Assembly: GCA_045616625.1 (NCBI GenBank)
Contig: JAZLHA010000012.1
Coordinates: forward strand, 111,249-175,248
DNA from: Candidatus Enterousia sp.
Lineage (GTDB): Bacteria; Pseudomonadota; Alphaproteobacteria; Rs-D84
Length of the DNA stretch: 64,000 nucleotides
Direction: 5' to 3'
A program made the position numbers and the translations under genes. Positions within the stretch are counted from its first letter, which is position 1. Every line of letters starts with the position of its first letter. Positions 1 to 9,479 of this stretch are shown here, one piece after another. The notes under the pieces are model-generated. The model ran no database searches. It had not been told where the DNA came from and was given only the letters and a program-made list of their open reading frames with translations.

Positions 1-133
1 AATAACGCATCCAATCTTGACACGCCATCACACCCAATATTGGATTACAAATCCGTTCACAGTGCAACAATACCACCATAATAATTTCATACAGTGCAAA
101 TATTGTAAAACCTATTTTTGCTCTCAATAACAT
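1..133 (-). CDS. hypothetical protein, 5' part only (hydrophobic N-terminus); gene continues beyond window start
   Basis: Minus-strand ATG at 133..131 preceded by AAGGAG (plus 140-145 reverse-complemented). Translation MLLRAKIGFTIFALYEIIMVVLLH... stays open to the window edge. Confidence 0.3.
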   Translation of the reverse strand, partial: MLLRAKIGFTIFALYEIIMVVLLHCERICNPILGVMACQDWMRY

Positions 134-203
134 TTTTATCTCCTTATGTTAAGACAAAAACATTATGACATAAAAAAACACTATAAACACTAGGAAGCAA
201 TCC

Positions 204-905
204 TTATTCGCGCCAAACGACACTATCAAACATGGAATCTATTTTACTGCGCAATTCAGAATCTGTAAAAAATTGATTGCGCATTAAATCAGTTGTTTTA
301 TTCTCATCACTTTCAAAATGCGGAACATATTTTTGAATTGCAATATTTTTAACACGGCGCAACGCACAATCATTTACTATTTTTAACAAATCATCTTTTG
401 TAATAAAACGTGGGTCACATGTTATACGCACTTCTAAATCTTTACCAGTTTTCAACCACACATCTAATGATTTAGACATACGTTCAAAAGCAATATCATT
501 TCCAACCAAAGATTTATATTTATCAGATGTCGCCTTGTAATCAAGTCCAATCCAATCAACAAACTGAGATGCTTGTTCTAATAATTCTGGGAAAAAACCA
601 TTTGTATGCAAACCGATTTTAAAACCTAAATCACGCACACGTTTTATATAATCTATTATAGGAGTGCCCTGCATTAACGCTTCGCCACCTGAAAAAACAA
701 CAGCCTCTAACTTACCAACACGTTCGCCTAACCAACTAAAAATTTTTTCAGGGTCATATTCACCATCACCAACTTCAATTAAATGAGGATTGGAACAATA
801 CGCACAACGAATAGGACATCCACGCAAAAAAATAACACACGATAACTTTCCTGGATAATCAATCGTTGTAAACGAAACCAATCCTCCGATTTGAATTTCT
901 TTCAT
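204..905 (-). CDS. nrdG: anaerobic ribonucleoside-triphosphate reductase activating protein (radical SAM)
   Basis: 233-aa ORF with the CPIRCAYC radical-SAM CxxxCxxC motif near the N-terminus; lies immediately downstream of nrdD on the same strand. Confidence 0.85.
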   Translation of the reverse strand: MKEIQIGGLVSFTTIDYPGKLSCVIFLRGCPIRCAYCSNPHLIEVGDGEYDPEKIFSWLGERVGKLEAVVFSGGEALMQGTPIIDYIKRVRDLGFKIGLHTNGFFPELLEQASQFVDWIGLDYKATSDKYKSLVGNDIAFERMSKSLDVWLKTGKDLEVRITCDPRFITKDDLLKIVNDCALRRVKNIAIQKYVPHFESDENKTTDLMRNQFFTDSELRSKIDSMFDSVVWRE

Positions 906-911
906 AATACT

Positions 912-1097
912 TTATGCAACTTTCTTTAACAATTCTTGATGTCTTTGACCAGTAGTTAGACTATTTGCTTCTGTAAAAGTTTTTCTTTCACAAAATTCAG
1001 AGTATTTACCAATATTAAAATTAGATACAGGTCTGATAAAACCCATTGAACGTGAAAATTTTTCGCATGGTGTTCTTTTGCATTCACAATTAGTCAT
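912..1097 (-). CDS. stand-alone glycyl-radical C-terminal domain of class III RNR (split NrdD tail)
   Basis: 61-aa ORF MTNCECKRTPCEKFSRSMGFIRPVSNFNIGK...: a Cys cluster followed by an RxxG(F/Y) glycyl-radical-like motif. AAAGGAGAG Shine-Dalgarno 8 nt upstream. It sits 23 nt after the nrdD stop, in a different reading frame. Confidence 0.55.
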   Translation of the reverse strand: MTNCECKRTPCEKFSRSMGFIRPVSNFNIGKYSEFCERKTFTEANSLTTGQRHQELLKKVA

Positions 1098-1120
1098 TTT
1101 TTTTACTCTCCTTTATTTTT

Positions 1121-3154
1121 TTAATGATTGTGTTCTTCGTTTTGATTAGCCGCATTTTCTGCATCACACTTTGGACAGAAATCATATGCCCCGGCCAGAT
1201 AGCCGTGTTTTGGACATATAGAGAATGTCGGTGTTAATGTCATATACGGAATTTTGTAGTTTTCAAAAATCGTTCTTACGATTTTCTGTGCCGCCTCACC
1301 CGATGAGACAGGTTCACCCATATACAAATGCAACATTGTTCCACCTGTATATTTTCTTTGTAATTCTTCTTGGTGTTCCAATGCAACAAATGGGTCATCT
1401 GTAAAGTTCACAGGCAATTGTGTTGAATTAGTATAATATGGCGCTTCACGCGTGCCGGCGGTAATAATATCAGGGAAATTCTTGACATCTGTTTTTGCGA
1501 AACGATATGAACAACCCTCGGCTGGCGTTGCCTCTAAATTATACAAATTACCAGTTTCTTCCTGGAAGTTAGCAAGGTGTTCACGAATAAAGTCCATAAC
1601 ATCCAATACTAACTTTTTACCAAATACTGTTGCGATATTTTCAGCACCATTAGTAAAGTTCAAAACCATTTCATTTGCACCGTTAACACCAATGGTTGAG
1701 AAATGATGATTCCAATCGCCTAAATAACGTTTTGTAAATGGATACAATCCGCGTTCCATATTTTTAGAAATAATTTTGCGTTTAATTTCCAGTGCATCGC
1801 GACCATATGTAATAAGTCTTTCCAAATCTTTGAACAAACCATCACGGTCGCCCTTGTGTAAATAACCAAGACGGGCCAAGTTGATGGTGACAACGCCAAT
1901 AGAACCAGTCTTTTCCGCAGAACCAAACAAACCACCACCGCGCTTTAACAATTCGCGAACATCCAAACGCAATCTGCAACACATTGAACGCACATCTGTT
2001 GGATTCAAATCAGAATTCAAAAAGTTCTGGAAATTTGGAATACCGTATTTTGCCGCCAAATCAAATAGTGGTTTTACATTTGGATGGTTCCATGGAAAAT
2101 CATCAGTAATATTATATGTTGGAATTGGGAAAGTAAATGGACGACCTAAAGCATCACCTTCGGTCATTACTTCCAAAAATGCCTTGTTAATAATATCCAT
2201 CTCGGCTTGTAAATCACCATAAGTAAAATCAACATGCTTTTTACCAACAAAAGGATGCTGGTCACGCAAATCTTTTGGACATGTCCAGTCAAATGTAAAA
2301 TTAATAAATGGTGTTTGTGTTCCCCAACGACAAGGTACCGCGCAATTAAATATCAAAGTCTGCATTGCATTTTTAACATCAGCATAAGACAAATTATCAA
2401 TACGCACATACGGCGCCAAATATGTATCAACAGATGAAAACGCCTGGGCACCTGCAAATTCATTTTGTAATGTCCCAAGGAAATTCACCATGTGTGAAAT
2501 AGCAGTTGCCATGTGTTTTGCAGGTTCACATTGCAGATAGCCAGGGACACCGTTAAATCCCTCGTATAACAATTCACGTAAAGACCACCCAGCACAATAT
2601 CCCGTCAGCCAACCTAAATCATGAATATGAATCGCCGCAGACTTATGTGCCTCGGCAATTTCACGTGGATATAAATTCAACCAGTATTCCGCAGTCACAC
2701 GTTCACTGGTACGCAAAATAAGCCCACCAATAGAATAACCGATATTCGCATTTTCCTTTACGCGCCAATTTGATCCACCGATATACCCCTCGATTACATC
2801 AACCGCATCCACGGATGCATCACGAATTTCTGTTCTTTTATTACGATATACTATATACGATTCGGCGGTTTTATATGCATGTTCATCCATCAATGTTTGA
2901 ACAACAATATCTTGGACATCTTCAACCGATGGAACATTATCCCCAAATTTTTCATCTAACTTTGATAATACTTTACGAACAATGGCAATAACTTGTTCAG
3001 ATGTTAATTCAGATGTGACCGCAACCGCCCCAGCAATAGCACTATATATCTTGGTTGCATCAAAAGGAACAACATCCCCAGAACGCTTTTTGATTTGCTT
3101 AACCCCACACGCTAAATTTGCAACATTTTGTAAAATAATTTTATTATCTTCCAT
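1121..3154 (-). CDS. nrdD: anaerobic ribonucleoside-triphosphate reductase, large chain, apparently lacking its glycyl-radical tail
   Basis: 677-aa ORF resembling class III RNR: N-terminal ATP-cone-like region and a C-terminal CPKH...CPKC motif, after which it stops. No RxxGY motif follows the Cys pairs. Confidence 0.9.
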   Translation of the reverse strand: MEDNKIILQNVANLACGVKQIKKRSGDVVPFDATKIYSAIAGAVAVTSELTSEQVIAIVRKVLSKLDEKFGDNVPSVEDVQDIVVQTLMDEHAYKTAESYIVYRNKRTEIRDASVDAVDVIEGYIGGSNWRVKENANIGYSIGGLILRTSERVTAEYWLNLYPREIAEAHKSAAIHIHDLGWLTGYCAGWSLRELLYEGFNGVPGYLQCEPAKHMATAISHMVNFLGTLQNEFAGAQAFSSVDTYLAPYVRIDNLSYADVKNAMQTLIFNCAVPCRWGTQTPFINFTFDWTCPKDLRDQHPFVGKKHVDFTYGDLQAEMDIINKAFLEVMTEGDALGRPFTFPIPTYNITDDFPWNHPNVKPLFDLAAKYGIPNFQNFLNSDLNPTDVRSMCCRLRLDVRELLKRGGGLFGSAEKTGSIGVVTINLARLGYLHKGDRDGLFKDLERLITYGRDALEIKRKIISKNMERGLYPFTKRYLGDWNHHFSTIGVNGANEMVLNFTNGAENIATVFGKKLVLDVMDFIREHLANFQEETGNLYNLEATPAEGCSYRFAKTDVKNFPDIITAGTREAPYYTNSTQLPVNFTDDPFVALEHQEELQRKYTGGTMLHLYMGEPVSSGEAAQKIVRTIFENYKIPYMTLTPTFSICPKHGYLAGAYDFCPKCDAENAANQNEEHNH

Positions 3155-3181
3155 CGTCCTTCCCTATTTTTTGTCAAAAAA

Positions 3182-3230
3182 ATACAATATATAGTATATT
3201 TTTAATTTGTTTTTACACAATATATAGTAT
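3182..3230. promoter_or_regulatory. two NrdR-box-like 16-bp palindromes (core CAATATATAG), 33 bp centre to centre, upstream of nrdD
   Basis: atACAATATATAGtat at 3182-3197 and acaCAATATATAGtat at 3215-3230. Both match the published NrdR-box consensus acaCwAtATaTwGtgt and sit in the AT-rich region 5' of the minus-strand nrdD. Confidence 0.45.
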
Positions 3231-3566
3231 TTCAAAAAATTCAACAACACGGATTTTGAAAAAAAAATTATTTTTTTACTTGCCTTTCTGTAATAGGCAC
3301 AAAACCAAGTTTTTTTCAGAACGAATCGCCCATCAAACGAACACAAAACACTTTTTAGTATAAAAATTTTACATTTTTTTCTTAGGAAACGATTCGTAAA
3401 ATTTAACAATTTTACAAAATATAGATATAAAAACACAAAACTCATACTACATATTGACAAAAATAATTCCTATAAAAAACCGGTCAACAAACAAACATAA
3501 ACGACATATTTATAAAAAAACACTTGCAATTATATAAATGCTTGTATAATATAAGCATTACTTTAC

Positions 3567-3644
3567 GGGGTTGTAGCTCAGCTGGTTTAGAGCGTCTGCC
3601 TGTCACGCAGAAGGTCGAGGGTTCGAGCCCCTTCAATCCCGCCA
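3567..3644 (+). tRNA. tRNA-Asp (anticodon GTC)
   Basis: Cloverleaf GGGGTTG...CAATCCCGCCA. Anticodon stem-loop CTGCCTGTCACGCAG is identical to E. coli tRNA-Asp. T-arm GGTTCGAGCCC, CCA encoded. Confidence 0.9.
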
Positions 3645-3651
3645 GGAATTT

Positions 3652-3676
3652 AAAACCGCCATTTTGGCGGTTTTTT
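3652..3676. terminator. bidirectional rho-independent terminator (tRNA-Asp on plus, mutL on minus)
   Basis: aaaaCCGCCattttGGCGGtttttt hairpin flanked by an A-run and a T-run. Confidence 0.6.
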
Positions 3677-5399
3677 AATTGCGTTCGAACCAAGTATCAA
3701 TTTCAGAAAATGGAATTATTTTATACACTGGGCGGCCATGATTACATTGACCGGCGCGTTCTGTATTTTCTATATCACGCAACAACGCATCCATTTGAAT
3801 CAGATTTAATTTTTGACCCGCCCGCACAGAATGATGGCACGCATAATTTGCCAATTTTAAATGCAACCTTTCACCCAATTGTGATGAATGACCATTTGCC
3901 CGAATCTCGTCCGCCATATCGTGCAACACAGATGCCCAATTTAAATCCCAATCGGCCGGCTTTTCAAAAATTGCGATTGCATCATCACCAAACGAATCTA
4001 TGACCAGTCCAGAATTTTTAATTTCATCACTAACCGACAATAGTGCTAAAACATCTTCTGGTTTTAAATTCACAACAATTGGTGTCAATAATGGTTGCGA
4101 TTTAATTGTATGATTACGCAAATGTTCGTATGTTATGCGCTCATGCGCAGCGTGTTGATCAACAATTATTAAATTGTCATCTTTTTCAGCCAAGATATAT
4201 TTATTACCAATTTGTGCAATTGCACGTCCAAGTGGATAGCTCGCAAAAACATCGTCTGGTTCCGATACCGGTGCAACAGGTATAACCGTTTTATTAAAAT
4301 TATTATCAGGCGCACAAACACGAAATGATGTTTGTGGTTTAACATACGAATTCAAATTTTGTGGCGTGCGAAAAACAGTTTGTATTGGTGTGGTTTTCAC
4401 AGGTTGCACATATTGCGACCCTGTTTCATTCATTGTTTGCGCCAACCTATCACGTAAAGTTTTTATAATAAAAGAACGCACATGTGTTGGTTCTAAGAAA
4501 TGAACCTCTGTCTTGGCGGGCGAAACATTGACATCAACACTACGCGGGTCAAGTGTTAAATATAATGCGCATAGTGGAAATTCACGCGCATGCATAACAT
4601 CCATATATGCAGCGCGCAATGCACCAACCAGAACCTTGTCCTTTACACAACGACCATTTACAAATAAATACTGGTCAACCGATGATGCACGTCGTAATGT
4701 TGGTTCAGATATTGCGCCAGCGAGATGCATATTAGATGAAGATGATGTTGCATCAATATCCAACATCCGGCCATTTACATCGTCACCCATAACGGACACT
4801 ATTCTATCATTCAAAGTCTGATTTTTTGGAAAGCGCCATTTGTTATTCAAAACAAAGCCAACATCCAATCGCGACATAGCCAAACGTTTTACAACATCAA
4901 CAACCGCCATTAGTTCCGCCCTATCCCCATGTAGGAACTTTAAACGTGCCGGTGTTTTTGCAAATAAATTTTTAACCTGAACACGTGTTCCTGATTCCCA
5001 ATCACTCGGCCGAATATCACCGGTATTTGCATCCAGGCACCAACCATGTTCATCATTATTATTATATGTATCAATTGTCATATCAGATACAGACGCAATA
5101 GACGGCAACGCTTCGCCACGAAAACCCATATAACATATATTTAATAAATCATCATCTGGCAATTTAGAAGTCGCATGTCGCGACAACGCGCATTTTAAAT
5201 CATCGTGCATCATACCAGAGCCATTATCAACAACACTTATTAATGTTCTTCCACCATCAACGACATCTATTATTACCTGACTCGCCCCAGCATCCAGCGC
5301 ATTTTCAACCAATTCTTTGACAACGGACGCCGGTCTTTCAACAACCTCGCCTGCGGCAATTTGGTTTACCAAGAAATCAGGCAACACACGAATCGGCAT
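3675..5399 (-). CDS. mutL: DNA mismatch repair protein MutL
   Basis: 574-aa ORF with a GHKL ATPase N-terminus (ENALDAGA, DNGSGM) and a MutL C-terminal dimerisation region. Confidence 0.9.
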   Translation of the reverse strand: MPIRVLPDFLVNQIAAGEVVERPASVVKELVENALDAGASQVIIDVVDGGRTLISVVDNGSGMMHDDLKCALSRHATSKLPDDDLLNICYMGFRGEALPSIASVSDMTIDTYNNNDEHGWCLDANTGDIRPSDWESGTRVQVKNLFAKTPARLKFLHGDRAELMAVVDVVKRLAMSRLDVGFVLNNKWRFPKNQTLNDRIVSVMGDDVNGRMLDIDATSSSSNMHLAGAISEPTLRRASSVDQYLFVNGRCVKDKVLVGALRAAYMDVMHAREFPLCALYLTLDPRSVDVNVSPAKTEVHFLEPTHVRSFIIKTLRDRLAQTMNETGSQYVQPVKTTPIQTVFRTPQNLNSYVKPQTSFRVCAPDNNFNKTVIPVAPVSEPDDVFASYPLGRAIAQIGNKYILAEKDDNLIIVDQHAAHERITYEHLRNHTIKSQPLLTPIVVNLKPEDVLALLSVSDEIKNSGLVIDSFGDDAIAIFEKPADWDLNWASVLHDMADEIRANGHSSQLGERLHLKLANYACHHSVRAGQKLNLIQMDALLRDIENTERAGQCNHGRPVYKIIPFSEIDTWFERN

Positions 5400-5400
5400 T

Positions 5401-5871
5401 TTAATCCTTAAATTTCACATCCAAAATTTCAAATTCTTTATCCCCAGATGGCAACCGTACGGTACAACTATCCCCAATACAATGACCGATAAACGCACGA
5501 CCCACAGGTGATGTACATGATATAACCTGACGACCATCAGCCTCTACATCCGACAAAATCCGGCATTGCATTTTATTACCATCTTCATCTTCGGCAACAA
5601 CACGTGCGCCAAAAATAATTCTGTTACCCGATAACGATTCGACATCTATAACCTCAGCATTAGCGACAATACTTTCGATATATTGAATACGTTTATCTAT
5701 TTGACGTTGCTTTTCCTTGGCCGCACTATAATCAGCGTTTTCAGACAAATCGCCAAGCGAGCGTGCCCATTGAACAACCTTTAAAATTTCAGGTCTCTGA
5801 TTTTCTTTTAAATCTTTTAATTCCTTTAACAGCGAATCGAATCCTTCGCGTGAAATTGGTTTTTTATCCAT
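5401..5871 (-). CDS. greA: transcription elongation factor GreA
   Basis: 156-aa ORF with the GreA coiled-coil N-terminus and an FKBP-like C-terminus (GDLSENADY motif). Confidence 0.9.
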   Translation of the reverse strand: MDKKPISREGFDSLLKELKDLKENQRPEILKVVQWARSLGDLSENADYSAAKEKQRQIDKRIQYIESIVANAEVIDVESLSGNRIIFGARVVAEDEDGNKMQCRILSDVEADGRQVISCTSPVGRAFIGHCIGDSCTVRLPSGDKEFEILDVKFKD

Positions 5872-5961
5872 AATAATGTCCTATACTTTTATCGAAGATA
5901 AATTATAATCTAACATTTTAATTTTGCAATTACCAAATGAACAGGCTATAATCTATACATA

Positions 5962-7023
5962 ATGTCACGAACAAGAATTTTAAATAGATTTTTAATGCGC
6001 AGATTTTTTTCTGGCGTAGGCCTGGTTGTGCTAATTGTATGTGGTATTATTTTTGCCGTGACATTTGTGGAACGCTTACCGTCTAACCCAAATGCTATCG
6101 CCACCCTTATGGATGCATGGACACGACTATTGGAATATACACCAATGTTTTTACCACTCACTATATTCATGGGAACATTGGTTGCATCATACAATCTGAC
6201 CAAGTCATCAGAAATGATTATTATATCTGGTGCGGGTTTATCGCCATATCAATCCGCACAACCTGTTTTAACCAGTGCCGCAATTATCGGTATTTTCGCA
6301 ACAACTATATTAAATCCATATTCTGTTAACCTTAGTACCCGCAACATATCTTCGGACCACCTTAAACTGGTTTCCGGTTCTATTTGGTTGCGTGAATCAT
6401 CAGATGATGGTTATTTAACGATGGTAGCTAAAAACATGAAAAAACTACCCGATAATAATTTGCAATTTATGGATGTCACGATATATACACAAAACACTAA
6501 TTTTAAAATAAACCAACGTATTCATTCTGAATCTGTCACTTTGTCGGGTGACGGTATTTCAACCACAACCGCAACAATTTGGGATAATCGTGGAAAAAAA
6601 ACATCCGGCAAATGGGATACCAAAACAAATCTAACCCCACAAACCGTTTTGGATAGATACCTGCAACCAGATCAGATTTCATTTTGGCAATTACCTAGCT
6701 TTATCCACAAAATGGAAACGATTGGTATTCCTGTTCGTGGGCATTGGGTTCAATTTTGGACATTATTATTCTTGCCACTGACCATGATATCTATGGCAAC
6801 ATTAGGTGTTGCTTTTTCACAAACGAAGCAACGCAGAAATTATACATTTGGTGTAAAATTCGCATTGGGCATAATTACATGTTTTGCCGTTTATTTCTTG
6901 ATTAGTTTGTTCAACGCACTAGGGGCGAGTGGTGCTCTGCCCGCGCTATTGGCAATAATCGCACCACCACTTATTATTATTGCTGGGGCTGGAACATTTA
7001 TTGCAAGTTTTGATACAATATAG
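5962..7023 (+). CDS. LptF/LptG-family LPS export permease (YjgP/YjgQ)
   Basis: 353-aa ORF: N-terminal TM helices, a large periplasmic insert, and C-terminal TM helices, as in LptF/G. Confidence 0.6.
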   Translation: MSRTRILNRFLMRRFFSGVGLVVLIVCGIIFAVTFVERLPSNPNAIATLMDAWTRLLEYTPMFLPLTIFMGTLVASYNLTKSSEMIIISGAGLSPYQSAQPVLTSAAIIGIFATTILNPYSVNLSTRNISSDHLKLVSGSIWLRESSDDGYLTMVAKNMKKLPDNNLQFMDVTIYTQNTNFKINQRIHSESVTLSGDGISTTTATIWDNRGKKTSGKWDTKTNLTPQTVLDRYLQPDQISFWQLPSFIHKMETIGIPVRGHWVQFWTLLFLPLTMISMATLGVAFSQTKQRRNYTFGVKFALGIITCFAVYFLISLFNALGASGALPALLAIIAPPLIIIAGAGTFIASFDTI

Positions 7024-7033
7024 GGAACTTGGT

Positions 7034-7162
7034 ATGCCATTAAAGAAAAAAAAATCATATACAAAACTTATTATCTGGGGTTTTATTATTGTTATAACAT
7101 TATTGATGATAATGTATTTTCCCCCAACCCAAAATCTGATTGAAATAGAATTATTCGCATGA
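7034..7162 (+). CDS. possible small membrane protein (42 aa) translationally coupled to xerD
   Basis: ATG at 7034 right after the lptF/G-like stop. MPLKKKKSYTKLIIWGFIIVITLLMIMYF... is hydrophobic. Its stop overlaps the xerD start (ATGA). Contains an A9 tract at 7049-7057. Confidence 0.25.
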   Translation: MPLKKKKSYTKLIIWGFIIVITLLMIMYFPPTQNLIEIELFA

Positions 7163-8019
7163 ATTATATAGATGTTTTTTTAGAAGCATTATCCGCAGAA
7201 AAGGGTCGCAGCCTGCGCACACTGTCCAGTTATGAATCAGATTTAAATCATGCAAACGATTCTATATCTGGCGGACTAATGAACGCATCAGAATCAGATA
7301 TTCAAAACTATTTATCACACCTGCCAGACAAGGCGTCATCTGTTGCCCGCAAAGCGAGTGCCTTGCGCGGTTTTTATAAATTTTTAATGATTGAAAAAAT
7401 AATAACTGTAAACCCAACTAAAAATTTAGAATTACCAAAACGGTCACGTCCATTACCTAAATTTTTAACAGTGGATGAAATAAATTTACTTATATCTTCG
7501 GCTGGCGACATAAAAAATTCTGTGCGTCTGCGTGCAATGATTGAATTATTATACGCATCTGGTCTGCGCGTATCTGAATTATGTGAAATGCCAATAACTG
7601 CAAACCTTGGCGACAAATTACTTATACACGGCAAGGGCGCCAAGGAACGAATTGTGCCAATGCACGAAGGCGCACAAATCGCTCTACGAAAATGGATGAG
7701 TATGCGCGAACCAGTCGAATCAAAATATGTATTCCCATCAAATTCAAATTCAGGTCATATTACACGCGACGGATTTTTTAAGATTCTAAAAAAATGCGCC
7801 ATGCTCGCAGGAATTGACCCATCACGCGTATCACCGCACGTTCTGCGACATTCTTTTGCATCACATTTACTTGCGGGCGGTGCTAACTTGCGCGCGATAC
7901 AAACAATGCTGGGGCATGAAGATATTTCAACGACACAAATATACACTCATGTCCTGCCTGAAAAATTAAAAGAAACTGTTGTAAACTTTCACCCATTATC
8001 CACAGGTGGCGTAAAATGA
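7159..8019 (+). CDS. xerD: tyrosine site-specific recombinase XerD (XerC/D family)
   Basis: 286-aa ORF with the C-terminal catalytic block HVLRHSFASHLL...LGHEDISTTQIYTHV (R-H-R-Y). No phage or IS context. Confidence 0.7.
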   Translation: MNYIDVFLEALSAEKGRSLRTLSSYESDLNHANDSISGGLMNASESDIQNYLSHLPDKASSVARKASALRGFYKFLMIEKIITVNPTKNLELPKRSRPLPKFLTVDEINLLISSAGDIKNSVRLRAMIELLYASGLRVSELCEMPITANLGDKLLIHGKGAKERIVPMHEGAQIALRKWMSMREPVESKYVFPSNSNSGHITRDGFFKILKKCAMLAGIDPSRVSPHVLRHSFASHLLAGGANLRAIQTMLGHEDISTTQIYTHVLPEKLKETVVNFHPLSTGGVK

Positions 8020-8516
8020 TAAAAAAATGCGATAAACCAGGTTGTACAAAAGCAGGAACATGTCGTGCACCAAAGACACGCGATTTGCGTGAATATTGGT
8101 GGTTCTGTCCAGAACATGCCGCAGAATATAACAAAAATTGGAATTATTATGCAAATATGAGTGCCGAAGAAATCGAAGAAGATTGGGAACGCGAAACATT
8201 TGGTTCACCTATTAAAAACACACAAAAATCAAATGAAGATGAACAAGATTATGTGAAATTCTTAAACGATTTTATCATGGGACGCTCAACTTTTGACCGG
8301 GTTAGTCCCAAGAAAACTGTTCCTTCGCAAATTACAAATGCGTTTAAAGTTTTTGATTTACCACTATCTGCATCATGGCGCGAAATTGCTACAAAATACC
8401 GCACTTTGGCAAAAAAATATCACCCTGATACCGCCACAGATAAAAAGACCGCAACATCAGAATTTACAAAAATCACATCTGCATACGAAATATTAAAAAA
8501 ACACTTCAAGAAATAG
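8016..8516 (+). CDS. J-domain (DnaJ-like) protein with N-terminal Cys-rich zinc-finger-like region
   Basis: C-terminal J domain with an HPD motif (KYHPDTATDKK). N-terminal CDKPGC...CRAP...CPEH. Its ATG overlaps the xerD stop (ATGA). Confidence 0.7.
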   Translation: MIKKCDKPGCTKAGTCRAPKTRDLREYWWFCPEHAAEYNKNWNYYANMSAEEIEEDWERETFGSPIKNTQKSNEDEQDYVKFLNDFIMGRSTFDRVSPKKTVPSQITNAFKVFDLPLSASWREIATKYRTLAKKYHPDTATDKKTATSEFTKITSAYEILKKHFKK

Positions 8517-8571
8517 TTTACATTTTATGAATATCTGTGCTAATCTATACGCATAAAAACAAGGAAAAAAT

Positions 8572-9474
8572 ATGTATGACACAATTATTTTAGGTTCTGG
8601 ACCTGCCGGCTTAACTGCTGCTATATACTGTGGGCGCGGAAATAAAAAAACACTAATTATTGCCGGTAATAGCCTAGGTGGTCAAACCGCAGAAATTGCA
8701 CGTTTAGAAAATTATCCTGGCTTTACTGGTTCTGGGATGGATTTAATTCAATTTATGTTGAAACAAGCAACATCTTTTGGCTCTGAAATTGTGTACACAT
8801 CTGCAAAAAACATTTCATGGGATGACGAATTTAAATACACAATTCAATGTGACAACGGTCAAACATACGAAAGTAAGAGTGTTATTGTTGCAACGGGCGC
8901 ACGACCACGCCAATTAGAAACCAAGGGTGTACATGAATTATTGGGTCGCGGTGTTTCATACTGTGCAACATGTGATGGATTTTTCTATTCTGAAAAAAAT
9001 GTTTTGGTTATCGGTGGTGGAAACTGTGCGTTAAATGATGCACTTTATCTATCTGACATTGCAAAGGAAGTAAAGATTATTTATCGTCGTGGGGCTTTTA
9101 CACGCGCCGAAGATGTTCTTGTCCAACGCATAGGCGAACACAAAAACATCACACCAATCTTTAATATGGAATTGAAGTCTGTGATTCAAAAACCAGATTC
9201 AGAGTCTGGGGAATTATTGGTTACATTATCCGATGGTTCACAAATTACATGCGACGGTATTTTTGTTGCAATCGGGCACGAGGCTAATACAGATTATCTA
9301 TCTGAATCTATATCTCGTGATGAACTCGGTCGTCTGGCACCTGAATCACTACCACACGGTATGTTTGTGGCTGGTGATGTGCACAGTAATATAAAAATGC
9401 AGGTCGCAACCGCAGTTGGCACTGGCTGCACTGCTGGGATGGATGCAATAGCATATTTAAATTCAAAGGATTAA
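8572..9474 (+). CDS. trxB: thioredoxin-disulfide reductase
   Basis: 300-aa ORF with a GSGPAG FAD motif and the redox-active CATC (SYCATCDGFF). Confidence 0.9.
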   Translation: MYDTIILGSGPAGLTAAIYCGRGNKKTLIIAGNSLGGQTAEIARLENYPGFTGSGMDLIQFMLKQATSFGSEIVYTSAKNISWDDEFKYTIQCDNGQTYESKSVIVATGARPRQLETKGVHELLGRGVSYCATCDGFFYSEKNVLVIGGGNCALNDALYLSDIAKEVKIIYRRGAFTRAEDVLVQRIGEHKNITPIFNMELKSVIQKPDSESGELLVTLSDGSQITCDGIFVAIGHEANTDYLSESISRDELGRLAPESLPHGMFVAGDVHSNIKMQVATAVGTGCTAGMDAIAYLNSKD

Positions 9475-9479
9475 ATAAA

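Noticed and set aside
1452-3194. Plus-strand ORFs (1452-1706, 1881-2222, 2234-2437, 2770-2991, 2982-3194) and minus ORF 1720-1938 inside nrdD
   Set aside because: All lie antisense to, or out of frame within, the strongly supported 677-aa nrdD ORF and have no motifs; they are frame shadows.
3164-4003. ORFs 3164-3460, 3484-3693 and 3524-4003 around the tRNA-Asp gene
   Set aside because: They sit in an AT-rich intergenic region or overlap the tRNA and the mutL 3' end. Their translations are low-complexity with no RBS.
7159-8019. XerD considered as an integrase marking a mobile element
   Set aside because: It has the XerC/D catalytic block and sits among core genes with no attachment-site repeats, phage genes or composition change; it is the chromosomal dimer-resolution recombinase.
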